In this document: positions 45,201-55,000 of the stretch, in pieces
How positions within the stretch are numbered: the stretch's first letter is position 1
Layout: every line of letters begins with the position of its first letter
Position numbers and translations under genes: made by a program
The notes under the pieces: generated by a model
Told to the model about the DNA's origin: nothing
What the model saw: the letters and a program-made list of their open reading frames with translations, nothing else
Database searches by the model: none
IMG/VR virus record: IMGVR_UViG_3300021091_000011
From: a virus
Lineage: Duplodnaviria; Caudoviricetes
Reading direction: 5' to 3' (one strand)
Length of the DNA: 64,000 nucleotides

Positions 45201-48200
45201 GGTCGGTGCCGAGATGCAGAATTACTCGGGCAATCTTACTGCTACTGTAAACGGTGCATTGTCGCAGATAGCCTTTACTTACGACGTGCCCATAACGTCG
45301 AAGGTTCAGATTACCTACTCGGTGCTCAACGCGCCTTTGGGCACGGCTTCTCAGTCGTATCAGGTCACGCAGGCTCCGGTGTGGCAACCGCCGTTCTGGT
45401 TGAACGCGGGTCAATCGGTGTTTGTGTTGGAGGGTGATCGTACTGCGACGGTCGCGCCGGATCATTTGATCGGCGTGGGCGGGAAATACGTCGCTTATGT
45501 GCAGGGCGTCACGTTATTGCCGAGCGGCGATACGCAGGTCGAGATTTACCCCGCGCCTGTGCGCGAAGTCGGTTCACGTTCGCCCGGCGTAGATCAAGGC
45601 TTGGTGATCACGGATCGTAATGTAACGGACGTGGACTTTATTCAGGTCGTCCCGAACGCATTTCTCGGTGCGGGCGTTGGCGCGAGCCTGATTCAGTTTT
45701 ACGGCGATGCGAGGTCAATCATCGCGCCGAGGCATTTGATTGACCTCGACGGCGTTCCGTATCTAGTCCAGAACGTCCAACTCACGAGCGATGGGCGCAA
45801 GACCGTCGCTTACCTGCAAATTCCTTTGCAGCGTGACGTGGCCGAGGGGTCAGTCGTCAAGTGCTCTTTTAGGCCCATTTACCAGAATCAGCCCATAGAT
45901 TTCACTATCTCGGGCACGCAGATTACGGGCACGAGTTTCACGGCTATTTTATTCTCGTCTGATTCTTCGATTCCTGGCAAAGTTCTAGTCCCGAATACCC
46001 AATACGTCGTCGAAAACGGCGCGCTCAAGTTTCAGACGCAGTTTCAGACGCCTTTGCAGCCGAATGAACGGTTGTACGCGAGTTACACGAAAAGCAAGGT
46101 GATTTCGCCGACGATGATTGACGATGCTTTGGTCGTGCCGAAGTATCGTGCGACGTACTTGGCGATTACGCAGCCTTCGGACGCAAATGGTCTGTTGGGC
46201 GGCGTGTTGAAAGGCAAGTATTTCTATCTCGACGCTGAATCGTTCACGCTGAAGATTCAGCCGATTGCCGACTACTTGCCCATAGTATTACTCGACGCGG
46301 CACGTCGTCCCGAGAATCCCGATGATACGGCCACCCCGACGCCTTTCCCGCAAGGCGGCGCGGTGACTGTGCAGAAGCAGGCCGAGAATGCGCGCAACGC
46401 CTATTGGGATGCCTTGAATCTCGATGCGGGTGGGCGCGTGTTCGTCACGCTGTTTAACAACGCCGTGACGCCCTTCGAGCAAGTGCTTGAGACCATCGAC
46501 GGTCGCGTCATCGGTGACCGCGATGGCAAACTGCGGTTGTATGTCGGTCCCGAGTCCGTCACGCCTATTGCGGGCGGTGTTTATGCGCTCACGTCGCATT
46601 TGTACCCGCGCGTCGTATGGCGTGATTTGTTGGAAGCGTGGTCGCCGAATACGTCCGGCTGGTTCTTCATGCCCGACGACTTTATCTATGACCCTCGCTC
46701 TATCACGTTGGGCGTAAATCCGGGCTCTTTGAACGGTTACCCGCCTTCCGGCCCTGATCTGGATTTCTTCATTGACTTGCAGCGCGAGTATCAGCGCAAC
46801 GACGTAGACGACGTTCTAATGACGTCGTTCAAGCGCAACGTAACGCTCGCTAACACGCTATTGCCCGTCATTACGTTCAAGGGCCGCTTCGAAAGTGCGT
46901 GGCAACCTAACGCATTCTCACGGCTCTATCCCGAGCAGACGCGCTATTTCACGCGGCTATTGCCGGGCCTTGAGGCGCAGATTGACGCTAACACGGGCGA
47001 AGTAATCGACGCAGGCTTTTACTCAGCCGGACGGCTGCTGCCCGTCGCTGGTACTCAGCCCGGAACGACAGTTAACAAGGTCGTCAAAACGCGCAACACG
47101 GTCATCGGGCAAATCTCGAACCCCGTCTTGGGCGAACTCAAGAACGTATCTGATATCACGGCCAATGACCGTGGACCTCGTGCGCGCGTGTGGGCCTATT
47201 ATCCGAACGGCAACGCCGCTTTAGATGCCGCACTTGCTTTGGCGACGCCGACGGTTGGCCGCGCTACGCTGGTGTTGACGCCTCAGACGATTAACGACTT
47301 CGTGATAGATCAAATCACGGGCTTTCCGGACACGAGCCTGCTGGTCACGAATGGCGGCGCGAATCCTGACGTGAACTCAGGTGATGCCGAACTGTCTACG
47401 CCGGAGTTTGCCTCCGGCGATCAGATTCTCTTGGGCAATCCCGACGGCACGGTTCGAACCGTTTACTTGCCCGCATCCGGCCTTGGCGCTGCCGAGAATC
47501 CCGTGTTCGTGGACGATATTCAGGCCGGATGCGTAGTCTTCCTGAAGGATTTGAACAATAGTGCCCTTTCGGGCGCGCAGATTTTTATGTCGGACCCCAT
47601 ATCAGGTGGCGGCATTAGTTTTGATCCGACGCAGGGCGACACGATCTTCACGCCGACGTCGCAAGCGGCGATTGCACCCAATCTTGTGAGTGATCCGGTG
47701 AGCCTCGCGGACGCCGCGAAGTTGATTGAGACGAACGGCGACTATCGAATTCAGAATGACCTCAAGGTGCGCCGCAGGACGGGGCAGATTCTCGACGCCA
47801 GCCTGCCCGTCGTAGAGGACATTTGGGGGCTTCCGATTCAAGATTGGGCGGGTCAAAACCCGCCGCTTCCGGGCTCTTGCATCGAAGGCACGGCTGATAT
47901 TATCAACGCCGACTCGGAACCCGCCCGATTGCCCGCGCTCTTTGGCGGCACTCGTGACGATTCCGGCGATAATCAGATTCCGTTTTTGGCGTTGGGCAAC
48001 ACGGAAATTCGGCTACTGCAACAAGCCTCGCGTTTGTTTGACGGCTTGTTTCTGGACTCAGCGGCACCCGTTCAAGCGGTGTACCCCGATGAGATCGCGG
48101 TGTCCGATGGCGTGATTTACGGTGCGGTGACGGGTGGCTTGGAACCTGCGACGCTTTACACGGCGACGGCGAACTTCACGCCTGTTTTCGTGGCGGGCTC

Positions 48201-51200
48201 TGGTGTCGGCCCCGCGCGCCAACGTGATTTCTTGCTTGTGCAGACCGGACAATCGCCTATTGGAATCACGGGCATTCAGTCGATTGGCTCGGTGAGTGCT
48301 GACTCGGTTGAACCCCCTCGATTCGTCACGAACACGCAACGCGGCGACTTGCATAGGTACACGGCTCAGAATCTCTTTGGGCACAAAGGCGGCGGCACGA
48401 CGGGCCTTCGCATTACCGAAGTCGGCTTCGCACGTCTATTCGACTTTTCGGATGTCGCAGGCATCGTACTCGATGACGGCTTGGGCGCAGGCAACGGTGG
48501 TCTGGACGCGCTGATTAATCTTGGCGTATCGCCAGGCAACGTGCTCGTCATCAACGTCTATAACCCAAGTCCGTTGGCCGTAAACGCCTACTTGGGCAGC
48601 GTGGTGATACCGAGCACGGTTTTGGCGGCGGTGATTTACTACAAGCCCGCTGTCGGTGTGGCCGTATCGACAAATCTCACGCCTCCGGGCTGGACGCTGC
48701 TGAACTCGACGCAGTTGCAAATCAACGCCGTGGCGTCCGTCTTGAGCACGCTTGGCTTGGTTTCGGGCCAAGCCTACGACTTCACGCTTACAGTTGATAC
48801 CTACGTCGATACGACGACGAGCAATCTGACGAGCGGTGCGTTGGCCGTCGGCTCCGCATTAGGTTCGACCTCCTGTTCGATTCGTGTGAATCGACTTACT
48901 TTCGACGAGCGCGTGTCGTTTGCCTCGGCTTTGCCGCGAAACACGAACCCCGCGAACGGCGACGGCTCAATCGAAATGGGCCTCGCGCTCAATGTTTTCG
49001 AGAGTCCGGTCGGCGCGGGCGCGGTAATCTCGACGGTCAACAACGCCTCCGAAATCAACGGCGGGCTTTATCTGACTTTTCTAGCACGCACTTACGGCGT
49101 CGGCACTTTCACGGCGGCGACATTGCCCGCAACCGAAATCGGTTCCGTGCGCGCGATGGCGTGGGAAGGTCACGGCAATACGCCGATCACGGCGACGAAT
49201 CTGGTCGTATCTGCGGTGCCCTCGTCCGAACGTGATGCCGCTGGCGTCATTTGCGACGGCTCCGGCGTCATTCTCGATGCGGTCGCGCCCTACGCGACCG
49301 AGAACGTGACGTGGTTGCAAACGCTGGCCGTCGCTAACGGTGCAGTAGCGAACGTCGAATCTGGCGACGTCGCTATCGTCAACGGCGGGCTAATCACGGG
49401 CGCGGTGAAAACAGGCACTTACTTGGTGCGTCACGCGGTCACCGAAACTGCTTTCGGCCTGCGACCGATTAAGAACTCGACGCTGGCGGGCAGCAAAACC
49501 TGTTTCGACCTTCGATTCCCAACCGTCGTGAGCATTTCGGGCGTCCTGAGTCTTACAGTAGGCAACGTGCAGCCTGTTTTGTATTCCCCGACGGGCTGCG
49601 GTTTCCCATCATCCGGCTTCGTCTACGTCATCCGAAATGACGTGTGGGTGACTTGGTCTGCGGGCGTTTACACGCTCAACGCCGAGGCGGTCTACAAACT
49701 CGGCTACTCGGCGGTCGCTTACAACGCTGCGACTAAGACGGCGGTTTTCACGCTGACGGGCTTGAGACTAAAAGCCGATGGTTCACCCATCACGCCGTCT
49801 GAACTCGCGTTGGGCGTTACTGCAAACCTGAAAGTGTCCGGTTTCAAGTATCTGCCCATCGGACGCTTGGCCGATGATTTGCCGGACAATAATCTGGTGG
49901 GCTTCGGTTCGGCTGGCGGCATCGCGGGCGTCACTAACGTCACCATCGGCACGCAGGCGATTGCGGGTGCTCCGGTGGCGTCATTCACTTGGAACACGGC
50001 TTCGGTCCCCGCATTGGTTCAAGACCTCTCGGGCGCGGGTCCGGCTGCGAATCAATTGGCCGTGCGCGTTCCGACGCCGAATGACTCCACGGCGTTCTAT
50101 GCCGACACGAACGCGGTGATTTACGGTCGCGTCGATAACGGCGTGAACCCCGTCACAGGCGTCGCTTCGCATCTGGACCTGACGACGATTGATTGGGACA
50201 CGGTGCATTTCAATCCCGTGTTTGCCCCGACCGTCCTGCAATGCTTATTGCCCGGCGATGAAGTCGCGTTCTCGGACAGCATCAGTCCGCTTGCGAATCC
50301 CGGATTTTCGGCGGTCGCGGGCATCTTCTTAGAGCCTTCGATACCTAAGCCCGTCGGTGACTTGAACAGTCTCGACCCCCATGTGGTCACGGCTTCGCAC
50401 ACGACGCTCGACGTGGGTATCCGCAAGTACGGTGATTTCGTCGCGCTCGGCACGCAAGAAACCGTGCAGTTTGCCATTCGCCGCATTCGTCGCTTCCATG
50501 ACGTGCAAACGAACCTCTCGGCAATCATCGACCCCTTGCGATTCGTCTACGAGACTCGTCGCGGGCCTATCGCCGTCCCTATTGCTACGCCGACTGTTAA
50601 CGTCACTTTCGCGGACGGCACGACGCTCGGCTTTTTTGACGACCCCGATGTGGCCGTAAAGCCAAGTTGCACGCTGCGGGTACTAAACGCTGCGGGTGAT
50701 GTTCTCGATACGGCTGAAATCAGGGCGGTGCTCAGTTCAACATCGTTGCTTTTGCGCGAACCCGGACTAACGCAAGACCTGACCTCTGCTGCGTCCTTCG
50801 AGATTTACCTCGTCGATGCGCCCGTGCCCCATGAGCAATCATGCGCGCAGTTGCTAGACGCACTTGTTGACCCGAATGGCGGCGGCTCGATTGTTTATAA
50901 GCGCACGGTGGACTACTCGACCTACCCCTTCGGAAATGGCGGCTCGGTCATTACTGCGAATGAGTTGCTAGATGCGGGCTTGGCTACGCTCACGTCTAGC
51001 GAGTTGGTGCTTCAAGACGACTATGTGATTGTCGATCCCGCAGGGGCTTTGTTCGCGGCGGGCGAGACGGGCCTATTCCCGAACGGTGACACTTCTGTAT
51101 CGGGACGTGTGCCCTTTGTCGCGGGGCGTCCGTCGAAGTTGGACGACAATCGCGGCTTTTATCGCGTCACGGCGAATCAAACGTCCGGCGATAACAAACT

Positions 51201-52011
51201 TGTGGTCTCGGGCACCACGCAATTCAGCGGCTCGGATGAACTCGGCGGCGACGACGTGATCTACGGCGACGTGGGCGCTGAATACGCGGTGCTGCCGACG
51301 ATTAGCGGGTCATTGGTTTCGCAAGGCCCGACCGAAGGCCAGCAAACTCTTCGCGTCACGGCTTCGGCTGACGGCACGGGTGCTTTCTTAGGTCGTGTTG
51401 GCGACGCGCAGTATCGCTCGCTTGAGCCTTTCGGCTTCACGGTGATTCGGCCTGCCCGCACGGTGTTTTCGTCGAACGAATCCATCGAGACCACGTTGTT
51501 CATGCGCGAACGTATGTTGAGCCTGATTCAATACATGGCTTCGGCTTATGGGCGAGGCGGGACGTATTACGTTTTCCAGCGTGACGATCAAATCGAGAAC
51601 CTGCCTAACCCATCTGACGTACTCGTGGGTCAAGGCGTGTTCACGAACGCCATTGTAGACTTACTTCGCGGTCTGACTAACTACGCGCCGTTTGCGAACA
51701 ACCCAATCTGCCTGTCGGTGCATGACCGAAGGCTTTGGATCAAAGATTTCGCGTTGGATTATGAAAGCCCGAACGGTGTCGCGCCTTTCTATGCGGCTCT
51801 TAGCACGAACGGACTGAATCAGAGGCCCATTTTGACGGATTTCATCGACGATGTGCTTGACAACGTCGATGATTTGCATGGCGCGCGTTACGCTTGGCTT
51901 GAATATCGCACGAATCAGGTAAATGGGACCATCGTGAGCGCGAGTCGTTCGAAAGAAAGAATCAATCAAGTTAGGGTGAAACAGGCGAACGCGATTCGAC
52001 GTAGCCGCTAA
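42280..52011 (+). CDS. Giant (about 3240 aa) putative tail/baseplate structural protein
   Basis: Uninterrupted 9.7-kb ORF, beta-rich G/S/T/V/A composition, no enzyme motifs seen. GGGGGTGAT RBS before ATG 42280. Confidence 0.65.
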   Translation: MSFVISGSGDLSGAVVCVPSIWIRLGDPWTRVCPQPANAVNLFASAAVNNSNSAVTLTPRAVDLYHWVESGVEVRNVGAIKPSGNVIPSGFAVGDQLPDYFLLGLGGVSVDCELVSNNPGGLTPNRAYLNINNGEFYLGAGLILETLQYGLDTVQSLVVGGDNKARVWVNTLRVGLGLVLSDCIYGVLNCRLVISDSDLPLPAGISPTEFYLSLASGLCVFSSVYISGRVLKILGVGVSSNPVPNVRHVVLNANGRGQVPAADSLTLWPSNLAGWSRGPITAVGDRPSAWGVVTENSGELFIVGKRDLLAIVEYDSDLPTQGYGLNRERGYYSLESGALQVRSGVGNEVVDFKCGLVPVGFEAPVGVVSLVGLLRGPFDLSGETFVFALDGVVTSFTLPIGRYTSGQLAVLLNAASGVPNAWFDLAGGLACVANASIEIGWGDARIGFAQGWIVTSGARWNSYNGLAMGLYRQVGEGDLTVRLYGEVDDEILVEKIGESSLVYLGQGFPDALQSGYEPDGFFEIVGSNGLISQPLSGRPTAGVFTSSWGVGLLLDCVERNRFSWVERFETGSISVDNGVDQITLDGLGVISLTLEVQEPNLPWLPQEYVLVGNTALFSSRIGADLLSGGVGESVSGVFTDVTIADFTVANVNVGDLLVTSDNLVYRIISVAAGALGLYPSDSFGLVGWQVLDTEPVGLAVYDPALIADRQFLQLPTWDGGDPFAIRVITPLSGATANLSKPYAKSLRYGAVDAGNSALDLLVRGVSMGALSSQMQMPAFVLSDPHYTTSTAGGFYFSLRVPTAVIVITSAFTVPSPPLGVIEVGLFGSGISGQVRVASNLVTAYADLLVYYDQEFLPAGVIVNAEGDIATGALNIPTAYAGESLFLVEKYTSDSVTVSPVPGTAFFQTPIEPRQYVEATYYPTNSGGVNKTGDLIVEFMPISIRLEEATRINARLYSFNPSGLAYDSASEPMIWVGAEMQNYSGNLTATVNGALSQIAFTYDVPITSKVQITYSVLNAPLGTASQSYQVTQAPVWQPPFWLNAGQSVFVLEGDRTATVAPDHLIGVGGKYVAYVQGVTLLPSGDTQVEIYPAPVREVGSRSPGVDQGLVITDRNVTDVDFIQVVPNAFLGAGVGASLIQFYGDARSIIAPRHLIDLDGVPYLVQNVQLTSDGRKTVAYLQIPLQRDVAEGSVVKCSFRPIYQNQPIDFTISGTQITGTSFTAILFSSDSSIPGKVLVPNTQYVVENGALKFQTQFQTPLQPNERLYASYTKSKVISPTMIDDALVVPKYRATYLAITQPSDANGLLGGVLKGKYFYLDAESFTLKIQPIADYLPIVLLDAARRPENPDDTATPTPFPQGGAVTVQKQAENARNAYWDALNLDAGGRVFVTLFNNAVTPFEQVLETIDGRVIGDRDGKLRLYVGPESVTPIAGGVYALTSHLYPRVVWRDLLEAWSPNTSGWFFMPDDFIYDPRSITLGVNPGSLNGYPPSGPDLDFFIDLQREYQRNDVDDVLMTSFKRNVTLANTLLPVITFKGRFESAWQPNAFSRLYPEQTRYFTRLLPGLEAQIDANTGEVIDAGFYSAGRLLPVAGTQPGTTVNKVVKTRNTVIGQISNPVLGELKNVSDITANDRGPRARVWAYYPNGNAALDAALALATPTVGRATLVLTPQTINDFVIDQITGFPDTSLLVTNGGANPDVNSGDAELSTPEFASGDQILLGNPDGTVRTVYLPASGLGAAENPVFVDDIQAGCVVFLKDLNNSALSGAQIFMSDPISGGGISFDPTQGDTIFTPTSQAAIAPNLVSDPVSLADAAKLIETNGDYRIQNDLKVRRRTGQILDASLPVVEDIWGLPIQDWAGQNPPLPGSCIEGTADIINADSEPARLPALFGGTRDDSGDNQIPFLALGNTEIRLLQQASRLFDGLFLDSAAPVQAVYPDEIAVSDGVIYGAVTGGLEPATLYTATANFTPVFVAGSGVGPARQRDFLLVQTGQSPIGITGIQSIGSVSADSVEPPRFVTNTQRGDLHRYTAQNLFGHKGGGTTGLRITEVGFARLFDFSDVAGIVLDDGLGAGNGGLDALINLGVSPGNVLVINVYNPSPLAVNAYLGSVVIPSTVLAAVIYYKPAVGVAVSTNLTPPGWTLLNSTQLQINAVASVLSTLGLVSGQAYDFTLTVDTYVDTTTSNLTSGALAVGSALGSTSCSIRVNRLTFDERVSFASALPRNTNPANGDGSIEMGLALNVFESPVGAGAVISTVNNASEINGGLYLTFLARTYGVGTFTAATLPATEIGSVRAMAWEGHGNTPITATNLVVSAVPSSERDAAGVICDGSGVILDAVAPYATENVTWLQTLAVANGAVANVESGDVAIVNGGLITGAVKTGTYLVRHAVTETAFGLRPIKNSTLAGSKTCFDLRFPTVVSISGVLSLTVGNVQPVLYSPTGCGFPSSGFVYVIRNDVWVTWSAGVYTLNAEAVYKLGYSAVAYNAATKTAVFTLTGLRLKADGSPITPSELALGVTANLKVSGFKYLPIGRLADDLPDNNLVGFGSAGGIAGVTNVTIGTQAIAGAPVASFTWNTASVPALVQDLSGAGPAANQLAVRVPTPNDSTAFYADTNAVIYGRVDNGVNPVTGVASHLDLTTIDWDTVHFNPVFAPTVLQCLLPGDEVAFSDSISPLANPGFSAVAGIFLEPSIPKPVGDLNSLDPHVVTASHTTLDVGIRKYGDFVALGTQETVQFAIRRIRRFHDVQTNLSAIIDPLRFVYETRRGPIAVPIATPTVNVTFADGTTLGFFDDPDVAVKPSCTLRVLNAAGDVLDTAEIRAVLSSTSLLLREPGLTQDLTSAASFEIYLVDAPVPHEQSCAQLLDALVDPNGGGSIVYKRTVDYSTYPFGNGGSVITANELLDAGLATLTSSELVLQDDYVIVDPAGALFAAGETGLFPNGDTSVSGRVPFVAGRPSKLDDNRGFYRVTANQTSGDNKLVVSGTTQFSGSDELGGDDVIYGDVGAEYAVLPTISGSLVSQGPTEGQQTLRVTASADGTGAFLGRVGDAQYRSLEPFGFTVIRPARTVFSSNESIETTLFMRERMLSLIQYMASAYGRGGTYYVFQRDDQIENLPNPSDVLVGQGVFTNAIVDLLRGLTNYAPFANNPICLSVHDRRLWIKDFALDYESPNGVAPFYAALSTNGLNQRPILTDFIDDVLDNVDDLHGARYAWLEYRTNQVNGTIVSASRSKERINQVRVKQANAIRRSR

Positions 52012-52059
52012 TGCGGCTATCTAGTTGCGCTTGCGTAGCATTTACAAGAGGCCCATCGT

Positions 52060-55000
52060 ATGCCTGAAAGTTTTGGGAACGGCGTATCTCGCACTCTGAG
52101 TGCGCTAAATCGTCAGTTTCAAGCGGTCACTTGGCAGGCTAACAAGCCTCCGCTGGACTCCGAACTCAACCTGATGGCGCAAGTCGAGTGGGAGCGACTT
52201 GGCAATCTCGTTCGCTCGCAGACGCATAGCGGGTTTTTCATTGACCCCATGCAAGCGACGGCTGATTTCGTCACCAGCGCCGATTACTCGAACTTCTTTC
52301 GACTCGGCAACGTCCCCATTGGCTTTCAAGCCCCCGCAATGTGGGCTAACGTCAACGGTTGGGTTATTCCTGTCACGGGCGTTGCTTACAATGGCGTCAC
52401 CAATCAGGTGAATCTCTGGCCCCCTCCGGCGAGCGATGCCCGAATCGACTTCGTGTTCTTGGAAGCCTGGCTTACTTTGGTCGCGCCGAATCCGAGCACG
52501 GCGAATAAGCCTTCGGCCTCCACGATTTACAAGTACGGCAACACGCAATACGGCGGCACGAACGTCGCTGACGACATCGAAGATCCCGCGATTGGCTTTG
52601 AGACGACCGAGCGCGTGCAATTGCAGTATCGCATTCGCGTATTCGGCCAAGGCACGGGCTTGGGCAATAGCGTTGCGCTGAACGTCTATCCCGATGGTCT
52701 TGATGACCCTTCCGTGAAGGCTCAGGGCACCGCCGCTGCTCCTTTGCCTGCGTACTCGTGGGCGAATATGCGTGACGTGCTCGGCGATGCGGGCTTGTGG
52801 CGCGCAGGCGATGGTGACCCCGAAAACGCTTTGGGCACGCTCGACGGCTACGTTTACGCGATCCCGATTTGCGCGGTCTTTCGTCGCAATACCAGCCCTT
52901 TTATCGCGCAACAGCCTGCGGGTAACGCAAATCAAAACGGCGCTTTCGACCGCAACCCATACTCGGCACCCATTACAGACCCCGCTGAAGCCGTCCGCAC
53001 GTTCACTTCAGTCACGTTGACTTCGAGCCTGTCTGCTACGGCTTCGGGCGTGGTGAGCGTAACGAGCTTGGCGAATTCCGGCTTGGACAACCCCGATTTG
53101 TATTCGGGCGGCTCGGTTTTCTACCTGCTCGACGGCGAGGTTGTAGAAATCAGCGGCGTCGGCGCAGGCACGATCACGATTGCGTCGCGTGGGCGTTTGG
53201 GTACTCAGGCCGTCCCGCATGACGCGGCGACCGCCCTACGGTTCTATTGCTTCCGCGCAGACGGCTTGTTCTCAGATCAGATTGCGGCGAGTGACATTCT
53301 TGACCTTCGCCGTTCGATTACGCTTGGCGAGTGGGACTACAACCAAATCCTGCTGCACAATCTCGGGCAGTTGTTCGCCAACAGGCTGCGGTCTAGTTAC
53401 AAGCAGTCCGGCGCGGCTGATACCGAGGGCACGGTCGTCCCCGAGGTTTCATACCTGCCTACCACGAGCCTTTCGCCTGTGCCGAATCAAACCGAACAGG
53501 TGGATTCGCCCGATGGGATTCGTGAGGTGTTCTCGGACGCCGTGGTGATTCAAGACAATGTGACCGTCATGCTTTTGCCTGACTCAAGCGGTGGGCCGGG
53601 CGCTCCGGTCGCGGTGCCTGATTTCACGTCGGGTGCGCCGACTTGGGAAACGGCTGCGGATTTCCAGCCGAACGGTTGGCAACCTTCGGGCGAGGGCATT
53701 CAGAACGGCACGGTCATCAATCTTTTCATCGGCGGTGCTTCGGGCAACGACGGTGCGCGCAAGTCCATGGGCGGTGTGCGAGCCGTTCGTTTCGCTACGC
53801 CCAAAGAAATGTGGCTCCAAGGCGCGGAGAGCAAGACGCCGTTCAAGTTGCGCTTCGTTGGTTCTACGACGGCGTCAAATGACGGCTTGTTCTGCGAGCC
53901 CCCGGTCACGGGCGAATTGGTTGGCGAACATCCTGGCCCGATGTACCCGCTTCCTCAGTTGAACTTCGAGTATCCGTTCATCGTTCTCGGTGGCGTGGTC
54001 GAAACGTCACTTCGCAATACGTCGGCAACCGTCGTGAGCGCGGCGACTACGGGTGACTACGCCGAGGTGCAATTCCCTGGTCTGAATTTCACGGCGGGCG
54101 GCGCATGGGTGAATTCGACTGATCCGCTTAATCCTGCTTTGGTCACCAATCCGATTCTTTACGGCAAGCGCACGCTCTACGATATGATTACGAAGGGCGG
54201 CACGGATATCACGGGCCGTTCATCTGAACTCTATCTGGTCCTGTCCGGCGATACGACGAACTCCGAAAACTGCGGTGTGTTCCGCGTCATCGGCGCGGGT
54301 GATGTTGCTTCCCAATACACTTCGGTTACGGGCACGGCAGTAAACTCGCTCGTCGTAGAAGGCGTGCAAGCGGGATGGACGGATTTCGTTGACGCGGCCA
54401 ATCTGACCGCCGAAGTACGTTCGCAATACTCGAATACCGAGGACGGCCCGAACGCTTCCGTGGGCAACGCTGCGGCGGCAGTTGTCGTAATGACCGATCT
54501 CGCGGGCACGTTGGGCGGTGTTTCTAACCCATGGCGTGCTGCTACGCTTGGCGCAAACGCCATGACGTTCCCAAATGCGAGCGCGGCGATTCTCGACACG
54601 AGCCTGATTTATGGCTCTGGACGTGGCGCAATGCCCCGCGTACCGGACACAATTGACCGCTTCGCCGTCGTCAACCCCATTTCTTCAACCTACTTGCTTC
54701 GTCGCGCGGTGGGCACGATTGACCCCGCTGCGGGCTCTGCTGACGTGCCCACGAACGAGATTTACTATCCCGCTCAGGGCGTGCAAACGTGGTCGGGACT
54801 TTCAGACCATGGCCTCAACGCTCCCGAAGGTCAATCGCTCCCGCTCGGCAATGGGCGTGGCGCTTTGTCGGAGCAGTTGCGTGAGGGCGAACTTTTCGCC
54901 GATGCGGGTTCTAAGACGCTCGTGATTCGGCCTTACCGCAAGGTCAACCTGTCGGTGAATCTGCGTGATGTGAACGTGGACGGCGGCGGCACGCTTGTAC